Below are positions 1 through 9,269 of a stretch of 64,000 bases of DNA, one piece after another. The number at the start of each line of letters is the position of its first letter. Positions within the stretch are counted from its first letter, which is position 1. Source of the stretch: Candidatus Cloacimonadales bacterium (GTDB taxonomy: Bacteria > Cloacimonadota > Cloacimonadia > Cloacimonadales > DAONDQ01); contig OY759316.1 in assembly GCA_963662275.1 (NCBI GenBank), forward strand, positions 3,328,001 through 3,392,000, written 5' to 3'. Under the pieces are notes generated by a model that was not told the DNA's origin, did not search any database, and worked only from the letters and a program-made list of their open reading frames with translations. Both the position numbers and the translations under genes were made by a program.

Positions 1-662
1 TCAAACACTTTGATAAAATACGAATACTCGAAGTATATACTATCAGGACTCATGGTCACATTCTTCATATCATTAAAGGATACTTGTGAAGGCGAAATGG
101 AAGCTATCATTTTCGGAGCGGAAATTTCATTGAATCTATATACTTGAATATGATCCAGATCTGAATCGTGTAAAGGTTCCCAACTGATCTTTATTCCATC
201 TACTTCAGGGATCGCATCTATGCCATTGGTTTCATCTTGTATGACAACCCATGCACCATTAAAATAGAGTGAATCAGTGGAATCACCGGTATCTCCGAGA
301 TGAGGAATTAGAATTGGTTTGGCTGGAGGATGGAAGATCGTATACGTGATCATCGTGACAGCACTGGAAGTCCAGCCTTGTTTATATGCTTTTGCCTTAA
401 ATGTAGTTGTATTCGCTATTTCAAGAGGAATTGTATATAATGCTGATGAATCAGATGGTATCGTTCCATTTGTCGTGTAACGGATTTGAGCATCCATCGT
501 TGGGCATGTGATCGTAACAGTCTTCGAAGTATTGTACGTACCTTCCTGGAGAGAAAATACAGGTTGTGCAACGATTGAAAGCGTGTGGTTTTCGGTGGGA
601 GTTGAACATCCAATTAACAAAATGGTTATCAACGCAGACAGGCAAATATATAAGTATCTCAT
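1..662 (-). CDS. Lipoprotein with chitobiase/beta-hexosaminidase C-terminal (Fn3-associated) domain; runs off the left edge
   Basis: Not in the ORF track. Manual translation from ATG at 662 (RBS GGAGA): MRYLYICLSALITILLIGC (lipobox) STPTENH..VAQPVFSLQEGTY..VTITCPTMDAQIRYTTNGTIP..LYTIPLEI..TTFKAKAYKQGW; open to base 1. Confidence 0.8.
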   Translation of the reverse strand, partial: MRYLYICLSALITILLIGCSTPTENHTLSIVAQPVFSLQEGTYNTSKTVTITCPTMDAQIRYTTNGTIPSDSSALYTIPLEIANTTTFKAKAYKQGWTSSAVTMITYTIFHPPAKPILIPHLGDTGDSTDSLYFNGAWVVIQDETNGIDAIPEVDGIKISWEPLHDSDLDHIQVYRFNEISAPKMIASISPSQVSFNDMKNVTMSPDSIYFEYSYFIKVF

Positions 663-814
663 TATTCTCCCTAACAACGCATCATTGAATCATAAGAAAC
701 CATTGATATCAATATCAATTTAATTAAAATGACAAGTGTAAGTCAAGTAAATATTCGGAAAACTCTTTCTTGAAATATTCTTATTCCCCGACCAAGGTTA
801 AAGAATTAGCATGT

Positions 815-844
815 TAAAATGGCTGCCCGAAGGCAGCCATTTTA
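815..844. terminator. Intrinsic terminator, probably bidirectional
   Basis: TAAAATGGCTGCC-CGAA-GGCAGCCATTTTA perfect hairpin just past the stop of the 873-2162 gene. Confidence 0.8.
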
Positions 845-872
845 CTTTTTGTATGCTATAGAAACTGGATAA

Positions 873-2162
873 CTATTTTAAAATAAGAATTTTTCTTGTT
901 TGATTTAGACTCGGTGTAACCAATCGATAGAAATACATACCTTCAGCACATTTGTTGTTCTTGCTGTCCGTTCTATTCCACTCGATTCTATGAGTTCCCG
1001 ACTGTAAATTATAAGAATTTACTAATTGTCCTTTGAGATTGTAAATACTCAGAACACCAGTCTCGCCACTCTTTATGGAGGCATTGACAACCGGGTTCAC
1101 TGATCTTGCAGGATTCGGATATACGGATGATAAGCTGGTTACCGTAACGGCAACAGGTACGTTTTCACTGAGCGTATTAATATTAATCGGTCCGTATAGA
1201 TTTGATGAACCATCATAATCATTGGATTCCAACCAATAATAATAAGCCTGGTTGGAAGCGACATCCAGATCCTGGAAATGATATTCTGTTGTTTGTGACG
1301 TATTTGTCGCACTGATCATTCCACCATTCACCTTTGTGGCGGTATTGACCAGTTTATCTGTGTTACGATAGATATTGAATCCCTGGACATTCGTCTCTGA
1401 TTCAGTCACCCAGTTGATCTGACATAAACCGGAAGCATATGTACCACTAAAGGAAGACAGTTCAACAGGACATTCATCATCTACATCATCACCGAGTTTA
1501 AATGCAAGATCCTGTATTACTGGTGGAATATCCGGGAAGATATGCCACGCCCCATGCATGAAATAGGTTGCCTTATCATTCCAGGGATTATTCGTAGTTT
1601 TCCAACCAATTCTTGTGTTTATGGTATCTTGAATGGCTACACTCACACTTATCCAGTAAATTGTCCCTGAAGTTTGGATGAAAGCTAAACTATCAGGAAT
1701 AATTATCTGGGTTCGGTAATAATCAAGATGATTAGCAGGAATATACTCTTGTGTCCAAGGATCATACCAGGCTTGTACTCCTGAACCGAAATACCAGCTA
1801 TGTTTAGGTATAAACCAATCACTCCAAAGCAAGTTCCCAGGATGGCTGAATAAAGGTCCCTGACCGTCTGGATCAGCAACGTCTGACCATATCTGTATCA
1901 ATAAGCTATCAATGATTCCTTCGTCATCATTGAACCACGAATTGTAAATACAAATATTTCTGATAGGACCTGTACTCGAACAAAGCCAATCATCTGCAAG
2001 AGTGTCTGGATAGAAAAACTTGATATCAACACCGTTTGGATCTGGAAAACGCTCCCATTTCCATACAGCGTTTAATGATATTGTCGACATGATAAATAAG
2101 AATAGAATAAGCAATAACTTGCTCTTCTGCCACCAATCAAACTGTGACTTAACTAATTTCAT
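873..2162 (-). CDS. Secreted protein with PVELSSF linker and C-terminal FlgD-Ig/T9SS-type sorting domain
   Basis: Hydrophobic N-terminus; CPVELSSF; YPNP..IYNLKGQLV..WN..D..GMYFYRL..TRKILILK; start moved to ATG 2162 behind GGAGGG. Confidence 0.8.
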   Translation of the reverse strand: MKLVKSQFDWWQKSKLLLILFLFIMSTISLNAVWKWERFPDPNGVDIKFFYPDTLADDWLCSSTGPIRNICIYNSWFNDDEGIIDSLLIQIWSDVADPDGQGPLFSHPGNLLWSDWFIPKHSWYFGSGVQAWYDPWTQEYIPANHLDYYRTQIIIPDSLAFIQTSGTIYWISVSVAIQDTINTRIGWKTTNNPWNDKATYFMHGAWHIFPDIPPVIQDLAFKLGDDVDDECPVELSSFSGTYASGLCQINWVTESETNVQGFNIYRNTDKLVNTATKVNGGMISATNTSQTTEYHFQDLDVASNQAYYYWLESNDYDGSSNLYGPININTLSENVPVAVTVTSLSSVYPNPARSVNPVVNASIKSGETGVLSIYNLKGQLVNSYNLQSGTHRIEWNRTDSKNNKCAEGMYFYRLVTPSLNQTRKILILK

Positions 2163-2410
2163 ATTCCCTCCAGTATCCATATTATTTTATAGCATACAAC
2201 CCGAAAATATGTAAATATCATTTAAGGTCAAGAAGTATTTTCGTAATAGGGAGTTTTTGCATGATACATATCTCCATGTATGTGTTTGCCCAATATACAG
2301 CAGTTATAGAATTATCACACATTAACATAAGATACTGTTTTATCGTTTTAATATGATATAAATTTACTTATGACAAATTTTCAAAATGCTTACGCATTAC
2401 ATAATATGTT

Positions 2411-2899
2411 TTAACGAAGTGCTAAGATATCAGCTATCTTTTTTCTCATAGTATCCCAATGTGTTCCAGTCCAGTAGAATCTGCCACAATATCTGCAAAC
2501 AAAGTACTCATGGTATTTTGCATAAACTCGATCGGGTACTAAGCCTATCACTTTTTCCTTCTGAATGAGGTAAAGAGGACGATTACAACAAAGGCATCTT
2601 GTAAAAAAATACTTCTCATCCGGATGTAAAGAAGATAGTATCTCTTTTAGTTGTTCCAAGTGATCATCGGAATGAACCAGGATGCGTGTAAAAGGACGTT
2701 TGTCTTTACTCAGCTTGATGCTGCGTGTTAATAATATCCTGTCCTCCGTAATTGTACGTCGTATCAATTCAGAAACCGAAATAGCTGGTATGACAGCAGC
2801 ATCAAATCCCATCATGCGAAGCCATTTGGCTACTCGGTTGAGATCAATGGAAAGCAGGAACTTCTGCGTTGGGTATCCTTTTTCAGCGTCTTGCATCAC
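2411..2899 (-). CDS. Mut7-C RNase domain protein (PIN-like plus Zn ribbon)
   Basis: KWLRMMGFD, RILLT, RCLCCN..L, CRYCGRFYWTGTHW. Confidence 0.85.
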   Translation of the reverse strand: MMQDAEKGYPTQKFLLSIDLNRVAKWLRMMGFDAAVIPAISVSELIRRTITEDRILLTRSIKLSKDKRPFTRILVHSDDHLEQLKEILSSLHPDEKYFFTRCLCCNRPLYLIQKEKVIGLVPDRVYAKYHEYFVCRYCGRFYWTGTHWDTMRKKIADILALR

Positions 2900-3569
2900 G
2901 GATAAGGATCATTCGGATCAGGTTAATCAGAGCCATGAGTGTTGCTGCCACATATGTCAGGGCTGCAGCATCAAGAACTTTTTTCGCCCCTGCCATTTCC
3001 TGAGGGTTGATAATGAAGCCATCATTTAATTGCGCAAGTGCCCTGGAAGAGGCATTATATTCAACAGGCAGAGTTATTACATGAAACAGTAAAACACCTG
3101 CAAAAAGAATAATACCAACATTAATGAGAAAGGAAAAAGCTGAAAAGAACAAACCGACAAAAAACAAAGGAAATGCAAGAGTAGAACCGATATTTGCTAC
3201 AGGAAAAAAACTGTTCCGAATACGAATGGGTGAATAACCTAAAGCATGCTGAATTGCATGTCCACATTCATGAGCTGCAATGGTAATTGCAGCTAACGAT
3301 CTGGAATTATATACACCTTCGGATAGATTTAATGATAAATCCCGGGGATTGTAATTATCTGTTAAGTTGCCCTGGATCGGCTGAATAACAACATCTTTAA
3401 GCCCATTTCGGTCTAAGATCAGCCTGGCTACTTCAGAACCTGTCATATCGATTGTATTTGCTACCTTGCTATATTTTTTATAGGCACCTGATACCCTCAT
3501 CTGCGCATACAATGCGAGAATAAGAAAAGGAATCAATATCAGGAAAGTAGTTCCTCCAAAGAAAAGCAT
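2883..3569 (-). CDS. Membrane neutral zinc metallopeptidase (YugP family)
   Basis: LTDNYNP, AAHECGHAIQH (HExxH), TLPVEYNASSRA, AAALTYVAA. Confidence 0.9.
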   Translation of the reverse strand: MLFFGGTTFLILIPFLILALYAQMRVSGAYKKYSKVANTIDMTGSEVARLILDRNGLKDVVIQPIQGNLTDNYNPRDLSLNLSEGVYNSRSLAAITIAAHECGHAIQHALGYSPIRIRNSFFPVANIGSTLAFPLFFVGLFFSAFSFLINVGIILFAGVLLFHVITLPVEYNASSRALAQLNDGFIINPQEMAGAKKVLDAAALTYVAATLMALINLIRMILIRDARR

Positions 3570-3586
3570 AAGTTCCTCCCTTTAAT

Positions 3587-3820
3587 TCGTGGAGTAGGAT
3601 TCCGATCCTACTGAATACATACCCACGGAAGTAGTTGCTGCATCGTGGAGTAGGATTCCGATCCTACTGAATACTAACCCACGGAAGTAGTTGCTGCATC
3701 GTGGAGTAGGATTCCGATCCTACTGAATACATACCTGCTGAAGTGGTTGCTGCATCGTGGAGTAGGATTCCGATCCTACTGAACCTCTTTGTATTCAGCA
3801 CAATCGGTATCATGCTCTAC
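3587..3820. repeat. REP-like tandem array: four identical 29-bp palindromic cores at 56-bp period plus one inverted variant
   Basis: TCGTGGAGTAGGAT-TCCG-ATCCTACTGAA at 3587, 3643, 3699 and 3755 with near-identical 27-bp linkers; inverted GTAGAGCATGAT-ACCG-ATTGTGCT at 3820-3797. Confidence 0.9.
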
Positions 3821-3934
3821 ATAATTGAAACCATCTTCGATAATGTTTTTACATAAGGCAAGATAAATCTGATACTAAATCTCTTCGCATCAGCCCCCTA
3901 GCCTCCAGTCTCTAATCTCAAGCCTCTTCTGCCC

Positions 3935-4021
3935 CTACTTCAGCAGCAGCATTTTCTTCGATATCGTCTTCCATGGTGTTATTGCCCGATATAGGTAAAC
4001 ACCACTAGCCACTTGTTTGTC
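3935..4021 (-). pseudogene. Orphan 3' remnant of a FlgD/T9SS-CTD gene
   Basis: Translates as DKQVASGVYLYRAITPWKTISKKMLLLK*, matching the tails of intact CTD genes in this window; no upstream gene body. Confidence 0.75.
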
Positions 4022-4145
4022 ACTTGATATCCATCCAGTTTGATTGAAATTCAAACAATTTATTGACAAAAATGAAGTCGATTTAAAAATTCTGCTAAGA
4101 AAAAGTATATTGTAAATGGTATACTCTTAATATTCTGGGGGTATA

Positions 4146-5075
4146 ATGAATATAAAAAACGCTGCTGGTCTAATACTTGTAATCAGTTTACTCATTCTTG
4201 TAGGATGCAAGGATAAGATTACGGATACAAGTGGACTATTAAAGCTCAATGTGAATGGTCTTGTAAATCTTGGTTTAGATGCCAGGTATGAAGCTTGGAT
4301 CATTGTTGATGGGACACCGGAAAGTATTGGCAAATTCACAGTTAACAGTGAAGGTAATTTATCAATCACAACATTCACAGTTGAAAAGAGTATCCTTGCT
4401 GCGGCTACCGGGTTCTTTATTTCTATCGAACCGGTACCTGATCCAAGTCCTAATCATAGTAATTCTATCATTCTAGCGGGAAATTTTGGTAGTGCAACCG
4501 ATAGTACTCAGACAAACATAGCCTATCTATATATTGGACATCCACTTGCATTGAGTAATAATTTTCTGGAATCAGTAGGAAATTATGTTCTCTCTTCACC
4601 CACTGATACAAATCCAATGAATGAAACTTCAGGCATCTGGTTTATGGATGTCAGTTCAGGTTACCCTCACACTGGTTTATACTTACCACCGCTGCCAACC
4701 AGTTGGAAATATGAATCCTGGGCAGTCTTCCTCACGAATGATAATCGAATTATTACAAAATCAATGGGGAAATTTACACAAGCAAATCACTCTGATTTAG
4801 ATTCTCTGTATTGTGGTCCACTTTCTCAACCCGAGTATCCTGGTGAAGATTTTGTGAATGAAACACTAATTTCAGCTCTCGGCTTAGCTACCCCCATCAA
4901 TATGAGTGGAAAAAACATTTATATCACAGTTGAACCTGATCCGGATTTCAGTCCTGATCCATTTTTCCTGACACTACTTAAGGCTGCTATTCCTGCAAAT
5001 GCAGCACCACATTTGACATATACAATGACGAATCAAGCGGTGACCAGTAGTCCAACGGGAAAAGCAACTCGCTAG
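4146..5075 (+). CDS. Lipoprotein of unknown function with internally duplicated YE(A/S)W...S.GKF module
   Basis: Lipobox LILVGC; YEAWIIVDGTPESIGKF and YESWAVF..SMGKF; ISIEPVPD and ITVEPDPD. Confidence 0.7.
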   Translation: MNIKNAAGLILVISLLILVGCKDKITDTSGLLKLNVNGLVNLGLDARYEAWIIVDGTPESIGKFTVNSEGNLSITTFTVEKSILAAATGFFISIEPVPDPSPNHSNSIILAGNFGSATDSTQTNIAYLYIGHPLALSNNFLESVGNYVLSSPTDTNPMNETSGIWFMDVSSGYPHTGLYLPPLPTSWKYESWAVFLTNDNRIITKSMGKFTQANHSDLDSLYCGPLSQPEYPGEDFVNETLISALGLATPINMSGKNIYITVEPDPDFSPDPFFLTLLKAAIPANAAPHLTYTMTNQAVTSSPTGKATR

Positions 5076-5217
5076 ATTTCTGAGGTTACCATAAATTTAT
5101 TCAAATTAACTGCAATTCTTGCTGTAATTTGTATATCTTTTCTACTTAGAAGAGACTGACTAGTTACTGGATGATGTGTGTTCTACCAGACTCCGCAAAA
5201 CTATTAAAAAGGATGTT

Positions 5218-7281
5218 ATGTCATATTATATAGATCATATATTAGAACTATTCCAAGATGAAGAATTACGTTTTTTCTTTGTTGAAAAAGAAGATAAAGG
5301 ACAATTACATATTGTTGATCGGAATGGTAAGAGAAATAGAGTTCCCGAGTCTCGTATAGTTTTCCTTTTTCCCAATCGTACCACATCCGAAACAGCTACC
5401 AGGATCATTGATCAATTGCAGGAAGAAATCTCCCATTTGATGTTAGATATTGATACTGCGCTTCTATGGGAATCTGTTCCTGAATATGATCGTGAGTATA
5501 AAATATCGGAACTGGCTGATATTTATTTCAACACCCCATCAGTAATTGAACAATCAGCATTATTCCATGCTTTACGGTCAGATAATCTCCATTTTAAAAG
5601 AAAAGGCGTTTTCTTCTTTCCTCGAAAACAGCAGCAAATAACAGAAATCAGTCTTCAAGCTGAAAAAGATCAGGAGAAAAAAGAGAAAACAGATAGACTG
5701 TTATCTTTTTTTAAACAGATCCTCAACTCAAAAAATAAATTACAACCTGACGAATACTTCTCCAGTGTATTAATGGAGATGAAGCATCGTCTTTATCAAC
5801 ATAGACTTGATTTTGCTGAACAGATATTACAATCATTAGATACTCGACGTTCAATGGGAAGTCTTCTTTATGAGGTCTTTCACAAAACAGGAATAATTAG
5901 AGAAGATGAGAATCGTTTCCTTATAGAAGCAGGGATTCCTGAACTCTTTTCTACTGAAACCGAAGTTGCAGCAGAGACCGCATCATTATTCCAATCTGCC
6001 CAAAGTCGAATGAATCTGACTAGTCTTGATATCTTCAGCATTGATGATGAATCTACGCGTGAAATCGATGACGCTCTATCAATCGAGAAATTAGAAAATG
6101 GCTTTCGCATCGGTATCCATATCTCGGAAGTATCTTCGTGGATTGAACCGACCTCATTATTAGATAAAGAAGCACAAAAACGAATCTCCTCTATCTATCT
6201 GGAAACGGGTGTAATAACCATGTTCCCAGAAATCCTCTCCTGCGACCGTATGAGTTTGAAAAGTGGTGAGATACGCAGTGCATTAAGCTTACTGGTTCAC
6301 TGTACTCCTGAGGGAGAGATTACAAACTACCAGTTTGTCATTTCCGATTTTAATGTTCATCGCAGGCTTTCCTATGATGATACAGATGCCATGCTGAAAT
6401 CAAAAAATACTGACTTGCTTTCATCTCAAATCAGCCAATTCAAAAGTCTTACAGATACTTGGAAGAAACAAAGAATGGATGCAGGCGCAATTGATATTTG
6501 TAAACCGGAATTCAATCTTGAAGTGAATGGGGATGATATTGTCCTCAAACAATATGATCGCTTTTCACCCAGCCGTAGTATTGTATCTGAATGCATGATT
6601 CTTTTCAATAAATTGGCTGCACAGTTTGCTCTTGAAAGAGATATCCCTATGATCTATCGGGCACAAGACCCACCACAGGACTTGCTTTCCAATGAATCCC
6701 GAGGAAGAGAATTGAAGTCATTAAGTATGTTAAATGAGAAAACACTTGATCGACAATCTACTGATATTGACAAAAATGAATATAATCCCATTCAAGTTGA
6801 TCAGATCATGCGTCAAATGAGACCGGGAAGACTGACGACGATTCCTCTTCCCCATGCGGGCCTGGGTGTCGATATTTATACTCAGTTGAGTTCACCCATC
6901 CGTCGATATGCTGATCTTGTGCTGCAAAGACAGATTATTGCCAGCCTAAATAATACAGAATGTCCCTATAAAATTGAAGAATTATATGAAATCCTGGCAG
7001 CTATTGAAGAAAACGAAAAGCAAATCCGTGAAGTTTATCAGCGTTCACGTCAATATTGGCTAATTCGTTATTTAGAGAAATACCGCCTTCATGATGTTTT
7101 CCCGGCTATGGTCATCAATATGAATCCCCGCCAGGCTTTTGTAGAAATATTAGAACTCGGGTATCGTGTAGCTCTTCCAGGTAGCCCCTTGTTCAAAATA
7201 GGACAAACTCTCACCATTAAAGTTAGGAAGTTGGATGCCGAGGAAGGAATTATGGCATTTGAAGCGATATCTGTGCAATGA
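5218..7281 (+). CDS. RNB-domain exoribonuclease (RNase II/R family)
   Basis: SIDDESTREIDDALS, HAGLGVDIYTQLSSPIRRYADL, C-terminal S1-like region; start at ATG 5218 behind AAGGA. Confidence 0.9.
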   Translation: MSYYIDHILELFQDEELRFFFVEKEDKGQLHIVDRNGKRNRVPESRIVFLFPNRTTSETATRIIDQLQEEISHLMLDIDTALLWESVPEYDREYKISELADIYFNTPSVIEQSALFHALRSDNLHFKRKGVFFFPRKQQQITEISLQAEKDQEKKEKTDRLLSFFKQILNSKNKLQPDEYFSSVLMEMKHRLYQHRLDFAEQILQSLDTRRSMGSLLYEVFHKTGIIREDENRFLIEAGIPELFSTETEVAAETASLFQSAQSRMNLTSLDIFSIDDESTREIDDALSIEKLENGFRIGIHISEVSSWIEPTSLLDKEAQKRISSIYLETGVITMFPEILSCDRMSLKSGEIRSALSLLVHCTPEGEITNYQFVISDFNVHRRLSYDDTDAMLKSKNTDLLSSQISQFKSLTDTWKKQRMDAGAIDICKPEFNLEVNGDDIVLKQYDRFSPSRSIVSECMILFNKLAAQFALERDIPMIYRAQDPPQDLLSNESRGRELKSLSMLNEKTLDRQSTDIDKNEYNPIQVDQIMRQMRPGRLTTIPLPHAGLGVDIYTQLSSPIRRYADLVLQRQIIASLNNTECPYKIEELYEILAAIEENEKQIREVYQRSRQYWLIRYLEKYRLHDVFPAMVINMNPRQAFVEILELGYRVALPGSPLFKIGQTLTIKVRKLDAEEGIMAFEAISVQ

Positions 7282-7299
7282 AATAATAAGGAAGGTGAT

Positions 7300-8346
7300 A
7301 TGACACGCAGTTTTGGAAGTGATAATCATTCAGGTATTCATCCCAAAATACTGGAAGCAATCTTCCAGGCAAATATCGGTGTTGAAAGATCATACGGTGA
7401 TGATCCCTATACAGAACAAGCGATAAAGAAGCTGAAACATCTCTTTGGAGAAACAGCAGACATATATTTCGTTTGTAATGGAACTGCAGCTAATGTATTG
7501 TCATTGAATGTACTCTTACACCCGTACGAAGCAATCTTGTGTGCAGAGTCAGCTCACATCCATGTGGATGAATGCGGTGCACCAGAGCACTACATAGGCT
7601 GTCAACTCATTACTATGCCCACTTCTGACGGAAAATTGAAACCTGAGATGATACCTCCTCATTTATCAGAAATTGGGTTTGAACATCATGTTCAGCCGAA
7701 AGTGATTTCCATTTCACAAATATCGGAACTGGGAACAGTTTATTCCATTGAAGAAATTAAAGCTCTCGCTGATTTTGCACATTGTCATGATATGTTGCTG
7801 CATATGGATGGAGCACGTTTTGCAAATGCAGTTGTTTCGATGGGAATGGATGTTCGTACCATGACGGTTGATGCGGGAGTGGATGTCATGACATTTGGCG
7901 GAACGAAGAATGGCATGATGATGGGTGAAGCTGTCATTTTCTTCAATCCGGAGATGTCAAAATCATTTAAATACATACGTAAACAGGGAATGCAACTACT
8001 GTCAAAGATGCGATATGTGTCTGCTCAATTCAGTGCTTATTTGGAAAATGATCTTTGGCTGAAAAATGCCAGTAAGGCAAATAACATGGCAAAGTTATTG
8101 GAAAAAGGTTTGCGAGAATTTGAGATGTGTCATATTCATTATCAAGTCGATGCTAATGCCATCTTCCTCTCATTACCACGTGAGATAGCTTTCAAGTTAC
8201 AGGAAAGATTCTTCTTCTATTTTTGGGATGAAGACCCACTGGAAATCAGACTTATGACTTCATTCATGACCACGGAACAAGATATTGATGCTCTTTTGAA
8301 TTCCCTTCACGAAATATCTGCTTCCAACTGCCATGAATCAAAATAG
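7300..8346 (+). CDS. ltaE: Low-specificity L-threonine aldolase
   Basis: FGSDNHSG, NGTAAN, HIHVDECGA, LHMDGARFANA, FGGTKNG (PLP lysine). Confidence 0.9.
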   Translation: MTRSFGSDNHSGIHPKILEAIFQANIGVERSYGDDPYTEQAIKKLKHLFGETADIYFVCNGTAANVLSLNVLLHPYEAILCAESAHIHVDECGAPEHYIGCQLITMPTSDGKLKPEMIPPHLSEIGFEHHVQPKVISISQISELGTVYSIEEIKALADFAHCHDMLLHMDGARFANAVVSMGMDVRTMTVDAGVDVMTFGGTKNGMMMGEAVIFFNPEMSKSFKYIRKQGMQLLSKMRYVSAQFSAYLENDLWLKNASKANNMAKLLEKGLREFEMCHIHYQVDANAIFLSLPREIAFKLQERFFFYFWDEDPLEIRLMTSFMTTEQDIDALLNSLHEISASNCHESK

Positions 8347-9220
8347 AATCAGTTACATCTATTGCTTTTGGGCGATCTTCTTCTTCTCCACCATTGAACT
8401 TGTGGGGAAACTGATTGGGAAGGGGATTTCACCGCTCCTAATAACAGCCTATCGTTTCACTATAGGTGGACTTGTGCTTCTGCCATTTGCCGTGTATCAC
8501 TGTAAAAAAAGCAATTTAAAGTTGCATTTTACAGATTATCTCCATATGGCATATCCGGGTGTAATCAATGTGGCAATCAGCATGATGTTCCTACAATTGG
8601 CAGTATATTTTGGAAAAGCATCGATGGCTGGGATACTTGTTTCAACAAATCCACTTTTTGTTGCTATTTTTGCCTATTTGCTTCTCAAGGAAGATTTGGA
8701 TCGATATAAAATTCTAGGAATTGTAGTAGGCTTAGGTGGAATCTTCCTGATTATTATAGGAGAAAAACAACTTCTTTTAGGGGATGCTAATCTTCTCTTG
8801 GGAACGCTGTTTGGTTTGCTTGCGGCACTGACATTCGGCTTCAATGTTGTGCTCTCTAAGAAGTATATCAAAAAATATGGCAACTTCCTGTTTAATACAG
8901 TTGCTTTTTTTAGCGGAGCATTCGTTCTACTCATTGCCGGAATGGTATTGGGAATTGATATTACTTTTTCGTTCAGTTTGAAAAACTGGCTTTATATAAT
9001 ATATCTGGGTCTATTCGTCACAGGATTGGCATATATTCTATTCTTCGAAGGATTAAAGCATATTTCAGCAGCAACAGGTTCTATGTTTTTTTTCCTCAAA
9101 CCAGCACTGGCAAGTATCTTTGCTGTGTTGATTCTTAAGGAACATCTTTCCCCGTCGCAAGTTGTGGGTATTGTGCTGATTATTCTTAGTTTGAATACAG
9201 ACAGGTTGAGAAAAAAGTAA
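8333..9220 (+). CDS. DMT/EamA family transporter
   Basis: About 10 TM helices in two EamA-like repeats (NPLFVAIFAYLLLKE / KPALASIFAVLILKE). Confidence 0.9.
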   Translation: MNQNRISYIYCFWAIFFFSTIELVGKLIGKGISPLLITAYRFTIGGLVLLPFAVYHCKKSNLKLHFTDYLHMAYPGVINVAISMMFLQLAVYFGKASMAGILVSTNPLFVAIFAYLLLKEDLDRYKILGIVVGLGGIFLIIIGEKQLLLGDANLLLGTLFGLLAALTFGFNVVLSKKYIKKYGNFLFNTVAFFSGAFVLLIAGMVLGIDITFSFSLKNWLYIIYLGLFVTGLAYILFFEGLKHISAATGSMFFFLKPALASIFAVLILKEHLSPSQVVGIVLIILSLNTDRLRKK

Positions 9221-9269
9221 AGATACTTAACGATACTGCTTGTTTCAGTTTTCTAGAGCAAACTTCATA

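Noticed and set aside
3587..3783. CRISPR array (29-bp palindromic repeat ending GAA, regular period)
   Set aside because: The 27-bp spacers are near-identical, there are no cas genes, and the same unit occurs singly and inverted elsewhere, which is REP behaviour
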